A DNA stretch of 62,744 bases, counting the filler. It is 5 parts of 5 records of this genome, joined end to end, with 100 filler letters (N's around TTAATTAATTAA, not from the genome) between each part and the next. Parts side by side here need not be neighbours in the genome. Positions count along the whole stretch, not along the records: positions 14,308 to 45,799 come from SRR20825010_3042; positions 45,900 to 50,999 come from SRR20825010_3043; 3 more parts are not named here. The stretch is one strand, 5' to 3'. Below, piece by piece: positions 38,428 to 50,433 of this stretch. The notes beneath the pieces are model-generated. The model was not told where the DNA came from, ran no database searches, and was given only the letters and a program-made list of their open reading frames with translations. The position numbers were made by a program, and so were the translations under genes. Each line of letters opens with the position of its first letter. Position 1 is the first letter of the stretch.

Positions 38428-39655
38428 AACATTTCACTATTTGTGAACTGGATGTGTTTGCGAGTGCAATTCGACCAACTTTATGTCCTACGAGCCAATG
38501 AACGGTCGTTTCATCGCACAAAACAAGTGCATTCGACTTTTCATTCGCGTTGAGTTTGGCATCTTTTAGAATGTCAGAGATGAGCTGAGTTCCTTTCATT
38601 CCAATGGGAGAAATACGATCGCCTTCAATTGGAGCACGCAAGAAAAGTTTTCCTTGAATGAACGAATTGTCTAGATAAATCTCATGCTTACTGAATGAAG
38701 TTGGCAGTTCATTGACTTCTTGAACTAAAAGCGAAACTGTTGGTTGTTCCAATCTTAGGAAGGTGAAACTATTTTCATCATTCACAATCGCCAAGAATTT
38801 ATCGTTTCGAAGTTCCAAGCGCTTTCCACGTGTTGAGTTTCTCAGTTTATCCAGTTCGCTCAGTTCATTTCCGCTGACTCCAAAATGTCTGAATAACTCA
38901 AATTTTTCTTCGCTAGAAAGTTGATCGAAGATTTCGAAGGTTAGTTGATTTTGTGCTTCAATTTTCTCTAAGAATGGAGCAATAGATTTTTCAATCTCCT
39001 GTTGAGTGCGTTGAAATGCCGAGACCAATTCCAAGACGTGTGATTTCAAATCGGGTTGTTGCGCGTAAAGAGCAGGAAGTATTTCGTTACGAAGGAAATT
39101 GCGGCGATACTTCGTTGTTGCATTCGATGCATCTTCACGCCAGGAAAGTTCTTTTTCTATGGCATATTCTTTTAGTTCATGCTTTGAAAACGAAAGGAGC
39201 GGACGGAGAAAATTTCCATTCTCTGAAGGCATACACGCCATTCCTAAAATCCCCGATTTTCGAGCCAAGTGGAGGAAAAAAGTTTCTACTTGATCATCCG
39301 CATGATGCGCAAGGAGCGTTTTTGAGCCATCGGAGCCTTTCATTTTCGCTTCAAACCAAGAATATCGAATCTCACGTGCGGATTCTTGTAGGTTCTGAGT
39401 GGGATCAATCGACCCAAAAATATGTTCAAAGGGAATGTTCTTTTCTTGACAATACATTACCACACTTTGATGATCTAACTCTGAATCTTCTCCTCTGAGC
39501 TGGTAATTCACATGAAGAGCGGTTACATTAAACCCAAGTGAATAAAAGCTGTGCAAAAGAACCATTGAATCCAATCCACCGCTACAGGCAACAAAAAGCT
39601 GAATGTTTTTCAGGTGAGACCAGTGTTCAATAATATGCCGTTCAATTCTATGCAT
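38402..39655 (-). CDS. tilS: tRNA(Ile)-lysidine synthetase
   Basis: SGGLDS PP-loop, ARxxRY, AHHADDQVET, EDASN, RNFLR. Confidence 0.93.
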   Translation of the reverse strand: MHRIERHIIEHWSHLKNIQLFVACSGGLDSMVLLHSFYSLGFNVTALHVNYQLRGEDSELDHQSVVMYCQEKNIPFEHIFGSIDPTQNLQESAREIRYSWFEAKMKGSDGSKTLLAHHADDQVETFFLHLARKSGILGMACMPSENGNFLRPLLSFSKHELKEYAIEKELSWREDASNATTKYRRNFLRNEILPALYAQQPDLKSHVLELVSAFQRTQQEIEKSIAPFLEKIEAQNQLTFEIFDQLSSEEKFELFRHFGVSGNELSELDKLRNSTRGKRLELRNDKFLAIVNDENSFTFLRLEQPTVSLLVQEVNELPTSFSKHEIYLDNSFIQGKLFLRAPIEGDRISPIGMKGTQLISDILKDAKLNANEKSNALVLCDETTVHWLVGHKVGRIALANTSSSQIVKCSISEELPK

Positions 39656-40850
39656 TCATTCCGTCGAGAATCCGCTTCACCTTAACCAAACACTCTTCAT
39701 ATTCTTTTTCAGGATCGGATTGATTCGTAATTGCGCCACCAACTGAGCAGGAGAGATTGAGGTTTGTTTTATTATAAATCAACGTCCTAATGACAACGTT
39801 CAGGTCAAAATCTCCGTTGGGTTTGATATAGCCGATAGATCCTGAGTATAATCCTCGTTTAAAACTTTCGTGCTCTTCGATCAAGTTCATCGCGCTAATT
39901 TTCGGAGCACCAGTCATTGAACCCATAGGAAATGAAGCCTTCAAAATATCTTTAAATTGAATATCCGGTTCAACTTCACATGAAACTCTCGAAATCATTT
40001 GATGCACAGTTTCAAACGTATAAATTCCAAAAAGTTCCTCTACTTTAACAGAATTAGGAATAGCAACCCGCGATAAATCGTTTCGCACAAGATCCACAAT
40101 CATAACATTTTCTGCCCGCTCTTTTGGATCGTTGAGTAATTGTTCTTTCAAGACCTCATCTTCTTCAGGTGTTTCTCCACGCTTCGAAGTGCCTTTGATT
40201 GGTTCAGAAACCAGTTTGTTTTCTTGTCGCAACAAATAACGCTCTGGACTTCCGCAGAAAATCATGAAATCGTCAATTGAAAAGAACGAAGAAAATGGAG
40301 CGCGCGTAAGCTGATTTAGTTTGAAGTATGAATCTAAAGGATATTTAATTTCCACATTTTCAGCAAAAAATTCTTGACAGAAATTCACTTCGTAAATGTT
40401 TCCTTGCTGAATTTCTTCTTTTAGTGCAACAACATGAGACAAGTACTCTTCCTTCGAAATTCGTGGCTTGAACTCATAGGGAAACGGATGGAAATTCTGA
40501 TCGATTTCCTCTTCCATGAAATAATCGATAAAACTAATGCTCGTGCGATCGCTTTGTCCCTGAACAAAATGCAAGTGTTCTTTGTTAAGATCAACTAAGT
40601 ATTTAGGAACCCATAAAATTCCCAAAGGAAATCCGATTCGATCGTCGTTGGAAGATTCGAGGTTTTCAATCGCATTCTTTAAGTCGTAAGACAAATTCAT
40701 AAGGATGTAAGACCCTTTGTTTTCATCGACAAATTGTTGAATTTGAGATAAAGGATCTTCGTCCGTTAATTTTAGAAGTGCTCCTTCGCCAAATGCTAAG
40801 CGCGAAGTGCCGTCGTTACTATTGAAATACGCTACTGGAAAATCATACAT
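39648..40850 (-). CDS. pabB: Aminodeoxychorismate synthase component I / anthranilate synthase family
   Basis: SPERY, PIKGT, KERAENVMIVDLVRND, PMGSMTGAPK. Confidence 0.85.
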   Translation of the reverse strand: MYDFPVAYFNSNDGTSRLAFGEGALLKLTDEDPLSQIQQFVDENKGSYILMNLSYDLKNAIENLESSNDDRIGFPLGILWVPKYLVDLNKEHLHFVQGQSDRTSISFIDYFMEEEIDQNFHPFPYEFKPRISKEEYLSHVVALKEEIQQGNIYEVNFCQEFFAENVEIKYPLDSYFKLNQLTRAPFSSFFSIDDFMIFCGSPERYLLRQENKLVSEPIKGTSKRGETPEEDEVLKEQLLNDPKERAENVMIVDLVRNDLSRVAIPNSVKVEELFGIYTFETVHQMISRVSCEVEPDIQFKDILKASFPMGSMTGAPKISAMNLIEEHESFKRGLYSGSIGYIKPNGDFDLNVVIRTLIYNKTNLNLSCSVGGAITNQSDPEKEYEECLVKVKRILDGMNA

Positions 40851-41061
40851 ATCTACAAATGTAACGAGCTTTTTGAGATATTCTTGCTGAAAATGGAATT
40901 CTTAAGGGCCTCATAAATAGATTCATTCTTTCCTAATGAGTGAGTGGCTCATTTTCTATAGGATTGATCCGAGAGGTGTATCAAAGTAAGGAGCTATTAG
41001 CTTGTTGTTAGGCTTCAAAATGTTATATTACGGAAAAGTAAGAAGCCTAAACTTAATTATT

Positions 41062-42516
41062 ATGAGAAATTTAAAACGAGCAGCGTTTTTAACCTGCTTA
41101 ACAATTGCGTCGACCAGTTATGGTCAAGATTGCAATAACAATCCTTCCACATTTACAAATTATGTTGTTACAGGACAATTTGCCATTATGGGTTCTGCAG
41201 ATGATGAGTATAATGATGTAGTTATGTTGCATCAAGCGGGATCATATACATATATAGATGTGCTCAAAGGAGATGTCTTCGATAATCGAGTCCTTGATAA
41301 AAATGTTAGTTCATTTGTATACGATCTTTCAAAGGTAAATGGAAGAATGGTATCTGGAGACTTCAATCGAGATGGTTGGAACAATGATTTTGCTTTGATC
41401 TATGAAGTAAATTCATCGACGATGAGGATAGACGTTTTTGTAAGTAACAATTCGTCGAATCCAAGCTTTACAATGTCTACTTTTCTTACGCAAACAGGCT
41501 ATAATGCAAGTAACGTAACTGGAAGAGTCGTTGCTGGTGATTTCGATCGTGATGGATACCGTGATGATATTGCAATGTTCTATGATTACGGCAATGGTGA
41601 AACAAGAATTCATGTTTTTCAGTCTAATGGGTCGGCGTTCTCTTACAGTGGATATAATGGCTGGTGGAGTACTCAGGGTTATACTGCTGGACAAATAACG
41701 GATCGTGTTATTTCTGGGGATTTTGATCAAGATGGAAAAACAGATGATATTGCTGCCTTTTACGATTATGGAGGAGGACAAACTCGCATTCATGTATGGT
41801 TATCAAATGGCAGTTCTTTCACTTATCAAGGTGGAAATGGATGGTGGAGTTCTTACGGATATTCAGCAAGTCAAGTTACTGGTAGAGTTGTAGCCGTGAA
41901 CATCGATCGGAGTTCAAAGATATTTGATGACATAGCGGTATTTTATGATTATGGCGGAGGCTTAACGAAAATGCACGTTTTTGAATCCACAGGTAGTGGT
42001 TTCAATTATTCAGGAGGAAACGGTTGGTGGAGCGCTACTGGCTACAGCGCTTCTCAAATAACAGGGAAAGTAGCGACAATTGATACGCGTGCTGGAGCTG
42101 ATGGAGGAAAAATTGGTGATATCATAGCGTTCTATGACTATGGCTCAACTACAACAAAATACCATATTTGGAGATCATTCAACCCTCTTTTTTCGGGACC
42201 ATACGTAACATATTCTCATCATAATTATTGCGGTAAGAGTTTAGATTCCGCCGTTGAAGAACCATTAGAAACAACGGTGAACGTCCAAGAGTTAAGCGCA
42301 TATCCTAATCCGACAGAAGGGATTGTTTACATCAAATCTGGCAGTAATGACGACGTTATTCACGTAACAGCATTTAACATAATAGGTGAAAAAGTAGCTG
42401 AAAGCTCAGTATCATCAGGAAGTTCGTTTGACCTTTCAGAACAGGTTAGTGGAATTTATATACTCAAAGCTGAGATAAACGGAGTTGTTTCAACTTTTAG
42501 AGTGACCAAGAAATAA
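41062..42516 (+). CDS. T9SS-secreted FG-GAP/VCBS-like repeat protein
   Basis: Signal peptide; five ~60-aa GDFDxDG..DDIAxFYDYG repeats; CTD AYPNPT...GIYIL. Confidence 0.8.
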   Translation: MRNLKRAAFLTCLTIASTSYGQDCNNNPSTFTNYVVTGQFAIMGSADDEYNDVVMLHQAGSYTYIDVLKGDVFDNRVLDKNVSSFVYDLSKVNGRMVSGDFNRDGWNNDFALIYEVNSSTMRIDVFVSNNSSNPSFTMSTFLTQTGYNASNVTGRVVAGDFDRDGYRDDIAMFYDYGNGETRIHVFQSNGSAFSYSGYNGWWSTQGYTAGQITDRVISGDFDQDGKTDDIAAFYDYGGGQTRIHVWLSNGSSFTYQGGNGWWSSYGYSASQVTGRVVAVNIDRSSKIFDDIAVFYDYGGGLTKMHVFESTGSGFNYSGGNGWWSATGYSASQITGKVATIDTRAGADGGKIGDIIAFYDYGSTTTKYHIWRSFNPLFSGPYVTYSHHNYCGKSLDSAVEEPLETTVNVQELSAYPNPTEGIVYIKSGSNDDVIHVTAFNIIGEKVAESSVSSGSSFDLSEQVSGIYILKAEINGVVSTFRVTKK

Positions 42517-42695
42517 ACAATAATTTGCTTCTTACTGTGCAGGGCTATTCTTTTGAATGGTCCTGCTTTTATGTTATGGATTTTGTATTTTTCAATTGAG
42601 TTTGTCTTCTTTTGCGTTTTCCACAACTACTAAAGTTTGGCTTGCGTACTTTCCTAACTTGATAGCGCGAGGAAGTTCTTATCTTGGTCCTCGTT

Positions 42696-44030
42696 ATGCT
42701 ATATCGTTTTCTAAAAATAATTTTGGGTATTGGAATTCGCCTCTACTACAGAGAAGTTCGAATCAAAGATAAAGAGCGTCTTTCTCAAAAGGGCGCGAAA
42801 ATAATTATTGCCAATCACCCAAACACCTTAATGGATGCATGGATTATTGGCCAGCTCTGTAAAGAACCTATTTACTTTCTAACAAAGGGAACTTTTTTCA
42901 ATTCTAAGTGGAAAACAAAGCTCCTGATGAGTTTAGGAATGATTCCTATAAATCGCGCAACAGATGGAAAAACGAGTGGAGTTTCTAATATGTCTTCGTT
43001 TGAACAATGCTATCAAGTCCTCGAGCAAGGTAAAACATTAGTGGTTTTTCCAGAAGGAAATAGTTTTTTGGAACGACAACTGAGAGAATTGAAATCAGGA
43101 ACGGCTAGAATTGCGCTTGAATTGTTGATGCGAGGTAAACTAAAAGATGTAACGATAATTCCCGTTGGATTAATTTACACCAAAGGAGAAAAATTTAGAA
43201 GCTCTGTACTTGGTTTTGTTGGTGAAAACATCGACCCAAAACCATTCCTAGAAGAATACAAGACCGATTCAATTAAAGCGTCCAAGAAACTCACGGAGGT
43301 TTTTAGAAGTTCGTTAGAGAAAATGCTGATTCATTCGGCTTCCATCGAACAGGAGCAATTGGTAGATCAAATAGTGGAAGTACTCGCAATAGACATCACA
43401 GGAGCCGCAGGGAAGAAGTTAGAGGAAAACATAGATTCGGTTAAACATGCTCACGACTCGTTGAATCACATGTATGCGCATGAGCCGTGGAAAATCGTGC
43501 GCGTTGAAAATCTTGTCCGAAGCATCCGTTGGAGGTTAAATCAATTGGAAATAGATCCTGAATTATTTGATCAAAAGAAAAAACCAGCGCGGTTTCTCAT
43601 TCAACTCTTGGAATCACTATTGATCATGCTTTTTGGTTTTCCCTTATTTTTCTTCGGAGCAATTCACAATATTCTACAATTTCAATTTACAAGTCTACTC
43701 ATGCCTAAATTGGTACGCGATATTGAGTACTACGCGCCTATTGCAATTTTAATCGGCATCATCATTTATCCATTAACCTATGCTGGATTTCTGTATTTGG
43801 GTGCTTACTTTTTTGATATTCATGGATGGTGGAAAATAGCCTATTTGATCGCTATGCCACTTTCAGGATTGTTCGCTTTTTACTTCATAAGAGAAGTACA
43901 GAACATCGCTTTTCACTGGAATTATAGGGCAATATCTCGCTCGGAAAAGGACAAAATCCAGTTATTAGCGTCAGATATTAAAGAACTAAAATCACTCATT
44001 TTTGAAGTCATTTCGACCAATGGCAAATAA
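42696..44030 (+). CDS. Lysophospholipid/glycerol-3-phosphate acyltransferase family
   Basis: NHPNTLMD (HX4D), FPEG, LKSGTAR; C-terminal TMs. Confidence 0.85.
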   Translation: MLYRFLKIILGIGIRLYYREVRIKDKERLSQKGAKIIIANHPNTLMDAWIIGQLCKEPIYFLTKGTFFNSKWKTKLLMSLGMIPINRATDGKTSGVSNMSSFEQCYQVLEQGKTLVVFPEGNSFLERQLRELKSGTARIALELLMRGKLKDVTIIPVGLIYTKGEKFRSSVLGFVGENIDPKPFLEEYKTDSIKASKKLTEVFRSSLEKMLIHSASIEQEQLVDQIVEVLAIDITGAAGKKLEENIDSVKHAHDSLNHMYAHEPWKIVRVENLVRSIRWRLNQLEIDPELFDQKKKPARFLIQLLESLLIMLFGFPLFFFGAIHNILQFQFTSLLMPKLVRDIEYYAPIAILIGIIIYPLTYAGFLYLGAYFFDIHGWWKIAYLIAMPLSGLFAFYFIREVQNIAFHWNYRAISRSEKDKIQLLASDIKELKSLIFEVISTNGK

Positions 44031-44275
44031 TCGTAGATGAAAATAATAACCCATTTCTTGGGTTTATTCATTCTTCGCCTATTTATATTCGATGGTAGCT
44101 TATTTAGCTGTGCGCGCATACTACCTAATTTCTTAGATTGAAGTCAGATTCCTTTGGTTAAAGACATTTATTTTGTCGTTAAACGAGTTTTTTTGCAGCT
44201 AAATTCTCGAAAGTCGCATTTTTTTTTATTCCAATCTAATTGGTTTAAATTGTCTTCAACCCCAAAACAAAGGCT

Positions 44276-45799
44276 ATGAAAACTTCTACACTATTGGCTG
44301 TAGTTGGCTGCTTTGTTTCATTTGCAGCTTTTACTCAGCACGACCACCACGCTATTGAAAGTTTATTCATTGAAAAAGGCCTGTATGATTTTGAAGTCCA
44401 ACTAGGAATCACTAACCAAGATTACCTAAACGGACCCAAGATCGAATTTATTGATCAACAGTATCAAAATTTTCAAGATTCAATCGATATTCGACTAGAT
44501 CAGGGAGAAGAGATTACTGAAGCTCAATTTGCAACTGAGTATGCTAACCTTATCGCAAGCGTTCAACAGAGCCTTTCGGTATTTCAACCAGTTGCGCCCG
44601 TACCTAGTTCACCAAGAGCACCAGACGGACCATGTGAGAACATGGACTTTGAGCAAGGTGATGTGAGTGGCTGGACATTAAGTCGAGGAGACGTTAATGG
44701 ATCCGCACCTTACAGCTATGTAAACGAAATTCCTGCAGTTGCAGGTGCCTATCACCAAATTTTAGGTGGAGGAAATGATCCCGTAACTGGTATCCCATGC
44801 GTCAACCCCTTGAATGGAAATTTTTCTGTTCGACTGGGGAACGGAACGGGAACAGGAGCGAGAGCGGCTAGGATGACTCAAACATTCTTAGTCGACAACA
44901 CGAACTTTATGTTCACCTATAGTTATGCGGTAATCTTTCAATCTCCTGGAGGACACACCCTAAATCAGTTACCGTATTTTACGGTGCGTGTTACAGATGC
45001 CAATGGTGTAAATGTACCTTGTGGAGAATATTCTGTTATTGCAGATGGTGCAAATGCACAGAATTATCAAACAACCAATTGGGGAGGAGATGTAGTTCTT
45101 TTCCAAGACTGGCAAACGGTTTTCACAAATCTAAGTGCCTTCATTGGGCAAAATGTTACGATTGAGTTTACCGCAGGTGATTGTTCGCTCACAGGACACT
45201 TTGGATATGCCTATATCGACGCATCCTGTAGTATGCAAGAAGTTATTGCGACTCAGAATACTATTTGTTCTGGAGATCCAACAACTTTAATCGCCCCACC
45301 AGGAGCGGCAAGTTACCTTTGGAGCAACGGTGCAACTACTCAGTCAATTACAGTTACGGCGGGAGGAACGTATACTTGTACACTAACACCATTTCAAGGC
45401 GGAGGCTGCTCGATAGATTTAGACATAACGATTATTGAATATCCTGAACCTATCGCGAATTTCATTAGTAACACAAATGTTATTTGTCCAGGTGATGCGA
45501 TTACGTTTACTGATCAATCGACCATTCCACCACCCGGTGTTATCTCGACATATCAATGGAATTTTGGAGACGGTATTATTACTCCCCCGTCTTCTGGCAC
45601 TATCACCGGAGTTCAAAATACTTCGGGAACATATTTACAACCCTCGCATATTTACGCTGCAGGTGGAACTTACACAGTTGAGTTAACAGTAGCAACCGCA
45701 GATGGTTGTACTGACACCTACACTTCTGTAATAACTGTTAATCCACTGCCAGTAGTTGTTGCTGGACCTGATCAAACAGTGTGTGACGGTGGTTTGGTA
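44276..45799 (+). CDS. Secreted PKD-domain surface protein, 3'-truncated
   Basis: Signal peptide, CENMDFE, GHFGYAYID, YLWSNG, YQWNFGDG PKD; runs into the spacer. Confidence 0.75.
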
Positions 45800-45899
45800 N
45801 NNNNNNNNNNNNNNNNNNNNNNNNNNNNNNNNNNNNNNNNNNNTTAATTAATTAANNNNNNNNNNNNNNNNNNNNNNNNNNNNNNNNNNNNNNNNNNNN
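45800..45899. other. Contig-join spacer
   Basis: N run with TTAATTAATTAA. Confidence 0.97.
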
Positions 45900-48007
45900 C
45901 GATTGTACACACTATTGTCATGATTTCCTGCAGAGGAAACAGCCACTTTGAAGAAGTCTGGATAAACCAACATCGCTGCAGTGGACATAAATCCTCCACC
46001 TGAATGTCCGTGAATACCAACCTTAGATCTATCAATGAAATCGTATCTGTCTGCCAACTGCTCTACCGCAGCTTTCTTATCCGCCAAACCATAATCTCTC
46101 AAGTCTCCATAACCATAGTTATGATACCACTTAGAGCGGCCTGGATGTCCACCTCTATTACCGAGCGTGATCACCACAAAACCAAACTGAGCCAACCGGT
46201 CAGTTCGGTCTAATCTTGCTGAGAAAGCTTTATCTACAGCTTCCGTCTGAGGGCCAGGATACACATACTCGATGATTGGATACTTGCGCGTAGAGTCAAA
46301 ATCAAATGGCTTGTAGATTACACCATATAGATCCGTGATTCCATCATCGGCTTTGAAAGTGAAAGGCTCAGGGAATTGATATCCTGTGGCAAAAAGCTGT
46401 GATAAATCAACCGTCTCCAAATCCATCACTTTGTTGCCAGCTTTGTCTTTTAATACGGCAACCGGTGCAGTATTCACTCTGGAGTAATTATTCACAAAGA
46501 AGCTTGCGTTATCATTGATCTCGCTGGAGTGGTTGAAATCACCTGAGTTCAATAGCGCAATCGCACCACCATCCAAGCTCACGCTATAAAGGTGTTCGTA
46601 ATAAGGATCTTCACCTTTCTCACGACCATTTGCTACGAAATACAACTTTCGGCCTTTTTCGTCTATCCTTGCTACCCGATCTGAGTGAAATGCGCCCGAA
46701 GTCAATTGACGCTTCAGCGTGCCATCCTTTCCATACAAATAGAAATGTCCCCAGCCGTCTCGCTCAGACCACCAGACGATTTCATTGTCCAAAATCTCAG
46801 GTTTCAAAAAGTCTATATAGGTATTGCTTCGTTCCTCGATCACCAATTCCTTTGCGTTAGTAGCAAGGTTCCATCTATAGATATCCACCTTTTTCAAATC
46901 TCTGGAAGCTACTGAGAAGTAAAACTCATCCATGTCGCCTAACCATGTCGCAGGTCGGAAATCATCGTCTCTTGAACTTTCAGTAGCGCTGGTATTATAC
47001 ACATTCAGCGACTGATCTTTATATGTAGCCACAGGAAGACTGGAAAGCTCTTCCGAGTCAAAAGAATAGTGCAACAAATAGGAAATCGGCTGCTCCTTAT
47101 CGCCTGGCATGGCATACTTATAACTCTCTAGTGTTGGACGTGGACTCTTGGTGCTGTGAATCACCCAAAGGTCTTTCACCTTGCGCTGATCCGTTCTAGT
47201 CATCACAAACTGCTTGGAATCTATACTCCAATAAGCACCAACTCTCTGGCGCTTCTCCTTATTTTTCTCAGTCTCCTCGTTGTCTTCTCCCCTTCCACTG
47301 AAGCCATATTCGAAATCTTCCTCTCCATCCTCAGTCAACTGATGTTCAACGATGGTACTGTCTTTCTCATCCTTTACTGCCTTCAGGAAGTTTGCCTTAT
47401 CCATCCAATAGAGATTACTTTTCTTTGCAAAAAGCACCTTGGAAGAATCAGGAGCAATATTCGCCCAAGACATACGTGAAGGATCCTTCACAGCATCCGT
47501 GATTTCTGTCAGCTGCTGATTCCCTATGTTATAGTGAAAAACAAAAGTCTTCTTTTCCATAGAATCCTTCTTGCTCTTATCTTTTTCTTTGATCTCAGCC
47601 CAGTCCTTTTTCAGCACATCTTCAGTTCCTTTTACCTTGAACTTGATCGTGTTTTCATCTTCGAGAAACTTCAAATCATCCAGCTTCAAATGCTGTCCAT
47701 CGACAGGATCTTTAGTGATTTTGGTGATTTCCATGGCCAGCTTATCCTTGTCAAAAAGTTGATTTTTGGTTTTTCTAACTGGATCTACCAAATACCAGTT
47801 TTTGCCATTGCTAGTTTCGAATTCATACCAAAAGCGATCTGATTTCTTCAACCAATGTGGGTCAACTCGGGTAGAGAAAACCAGTTTTTTCATTTTCTCA
47901 GGAGAGAATCGTGCTGCAAGCTCATAATTACCAGAATAAACCTGCTCCTGCGAGTAGCCATTCTGAAAAATCAAAAGAAATGCAAATGCGAGTAACGTGT
48001 GCTTCAT
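45900..48007 (-). CDS. S9B dipeptidyl peptidase IV-like, 3'-truncated
   Basis: Signal peptide (start MKHT), DPP IV propeller, YPGPQ, GHSGGG. Confidence 0.88.
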
Positions 48008-48271
48008 AGTTGTTCTATTTGGGAAAACGAATCTAGAATAAACTTCACCTTCTGGAATAACCACTAGTATAAAATCACTAGCCCATTACTTCATTTTCAT
48101 TGAAAATGCAGGCTGATTTTCTCCTTTAAACTGATAGAACGGGATTTTTCACATCAAATTAACACTGGGATTACATTAGCACGTAAAGCCCAATCAATGT
48201 TACTAATTTTTTAATAATGTGCTGACACTGAGTTCAATTGGAGGTTATACCTTTCAACCAAAACCAATAGA

Positions 48272-49147
48272 GTGAAAACCCAATTCAAAACTATCGTCGT
48301 TTCAGACGTACATCTGGGCACTAAAGGTTCGAAAGCCAAGGAAATCGCCCGATTCCTCAAGCAGTACAACTGCGAAAACCTCATTCTCAATGGGGATATC
48401 ATTGACGGCTGGCAACTCAAAAAATCAGGTACCTGGAAAAGGAAGCACACCCGCTTCTTCAACAGAATTCTGAAAATGATTGAGAACCATAACACCAAGG
48501 TCTATTACTTGCGTGGAAATCATGACGACTTTCTGGATCAGATTCTCCCTTTTCAAATGGGAAATCTATCCATCCAGAAAGATATGATCTACGAAAGTCA
48601 TGGTAAAAAGTACTTCATCACGCACGGTGACGTATTTGACAGCATCACAACCAATCTCCGCTGGATCGCCTATTTGGGCGATATTGGTTACACTTTTTTG
48701 CTTTGGCTGAATAGCGTGGTCAATCACTACCGAATCAAACGCGGGCTACCCTATTTCTCGCTTTCGCAGTATGTGAAAGGCAAGGTAAAATCAGCCGTTT
48801 CCTACATCGATCAGTATGAGGAAGAGCTTTCTAAAATGGCTAGGGCAAAAGGCTGCGATGGAATCATCTGTGGGCATATTCACAAGCCTGAAAACCGAAT
48901 AATCGACGGAATAGAATACATGAATTCAGGCGATTGGGTAGAAACGATGAGCGCTTTGGCAGAGGATCATGAAGGCAACTGGCAGTTGATCTATTACAAT
49001 GAAATCAACTTTAAAGAAGCCAAAGACGACAGCCTAAATCAATTCTTCATTGGCAAAGCAGAAGCTCCGGTAATACCGATGCGTGAGGTTTCATTTGAAG
49101 CTCTAAAAGATGATCTAGAACCACCAGCATTTACTTCCATCCTATGA
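48272..49147 (+). CDS. Metallophosphoesterase, UDP-2,3-diacylglucosamine diphosphatase-like
   Basis: SDVHLG, GDIIDGW, GNHD, HGD, GHIH, NSGDW. Confidence 0.85.
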   Translation: MKTQFKTIVVSDVHLGTKGSKAKEIARFLKQYNCENLILNGDIIDGWQLKKSGTWKRKHTRFFNRILKMIENHNTKVYYLRGNHDDFLDQILPFQMGNLSIQKDMIYESHGKKYFITHGDVFDSITTNLRWIAYLGDIGYTFLLWLNSVVNHYRIKRGLPYFSLSQYVKGKVKSAVSYIDQYEEELSKMARAKGCDGIICGHIHKPENRIIDGIEYMNSGDWVETMSALAEDHEGNWQLIYYNEINFKEAKDDSLNQFFIGKAEAPVIPMREVSFEALKDDLEPPAFTSIL

Positions 49148-50259
49148 AGTTCATTTTTATAGTCCAGGGTGAAGGTCGCGGGCACATGACCCAAGCCATC
49201 GCTTTCTCACACATGCTGCAAAATCAAGGGCATGAATTGACAGGAGTAATCCTAGGTAAAAGCAAACGAAGAGCTATTCCAGAGTTTTTCGCGAGAGAAA
49301 TCTCAGCTCCGATTCATTTGGTAGAAAGTCCCAATTTCGCTTGTGACAAAGACGAAAAGCAGATTTTGATTGGAAAAACAATTCGTCAAAATATAGTAAA
49401 AGCTGCCATTTTCTGGAGAAGTCTCAAGCAAATTCATGAAGTTGTAGAAGCTGAACAGCCCGATATCATTCTAAATTTTTACGATTTATTGGGCGGGATA
49501 TACAATGGAATTTTTAGACCAAAAGCTCTGTACTGGGTGATAGGTCATCAGTATTTGATTTATCATCCCAACTTCAAATTTGCTCCATCAAAAGGTTTGA
49601 ACAAGTTCTTTTTCAAGTTCAACACTAGAATGACAGCTATCGGAGCATCTGAAAAACTCGCACTTTCCTTTTATGAATTGGAGTCTACGGATAATATCAC
49701 TGTAGTCCCTCCACTGCTGAGAGAAGATGTGAAGAAACTCACCCCGACCAAAGGCGACTTTTTCCTCACCTACATGGTCAATGCAGGCTACGGACACGAA
49801 GTAATCTCTTTTGCTAAAGCAAATCCTAACTTAAAAATACGCGCTTACTGGGATAAAAAAGATGCTGCAGAAACCGAACAACCTTTGTCAAACCTGAGTT
49901 TCCATAGAGTCCATGACAAAAATTTCCTTCGGGATATGGCGGCTTGCAAAGGACTGGTAAGCACTGCTGGATTCGAATCGATTTGCGAAGCGATGTATCT
50001 AGGCAAGCCAGTGATGGTCATCCCTGTGAAAGGTCAATACGAGCAGGCGTGCAATGCGCTGGACACGATTCATGCTGGAGCAGGAATAGCCTCAGACAAC
50101 TTTGATTTTGCCAAACTTGAGCATGTCATTCAATCACGAGAAATATCGGAGAATACTTTCCAAGATTGGGTAAGCACTTGGCCAAAAACATTCAGCCAAA
50201 TTCTCCCAGAAACAAAAATGACTGAACCAGATTTCATCCTGACTCAGTCATTTTCATAA
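49144..50259 (+). CDS. GT-B glycosyltransferase (MJ1255-like)
   Basis: GEGRGH, STAGFES.CEA, GQYEQACNA; ATGA overlap with the upstream gene. Confidence 0.8.
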   Translation: MKFIFIVQGEGRGHMTQAIAFSHMLQNQGHELTGVILGKSKRRAIPEFFAREISAPIHLVESPNFACDKDEKQILIGKTIRQNIVKAAIFWRSLKQIHEVVEAEQPDIILNFYDLLGGIYNGIFRPKALYWVIGHQYLIYHPNFKFAPSKGLNKFFFKFNTRMTAIGASEKLALSFYELESTDNITVVPPLLREDVKKLTPTKGDFFLTYMVNAGYGHEVISFAKANPNLKIRAYWDKKDAAETEQPLSNLSFHRVHDKNFLRDMAACKGLVSTAGFESICEAMYLGKPVMVIPVKGQYEQACNALDTIHAGAGIASDNFDFAKLEHVIQSREISENTFQDWVSTWPKTFSQILPETKMTEPDFILTQSFS

Positions 50260-50433
50260 TTTATTAACATGGTTATATGGAATGATGCCAGTAACCAATA
50301 TTTCTTTGCTCACCGGGCCAGAAGACCGATGACCGATGACCGAAGCGGCCTAAATTTTAGTGTTAGTCAAAGCTTGTAATGTTTTTGCCTCTTTACTGGT
50401 AAAAAAGCGGATATACATATTTGTTATTTCAAA

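Noticed and set aside
50323-50344. GACCGAT tandem repeat
   Set aside because: Three short copies with no supportable function.
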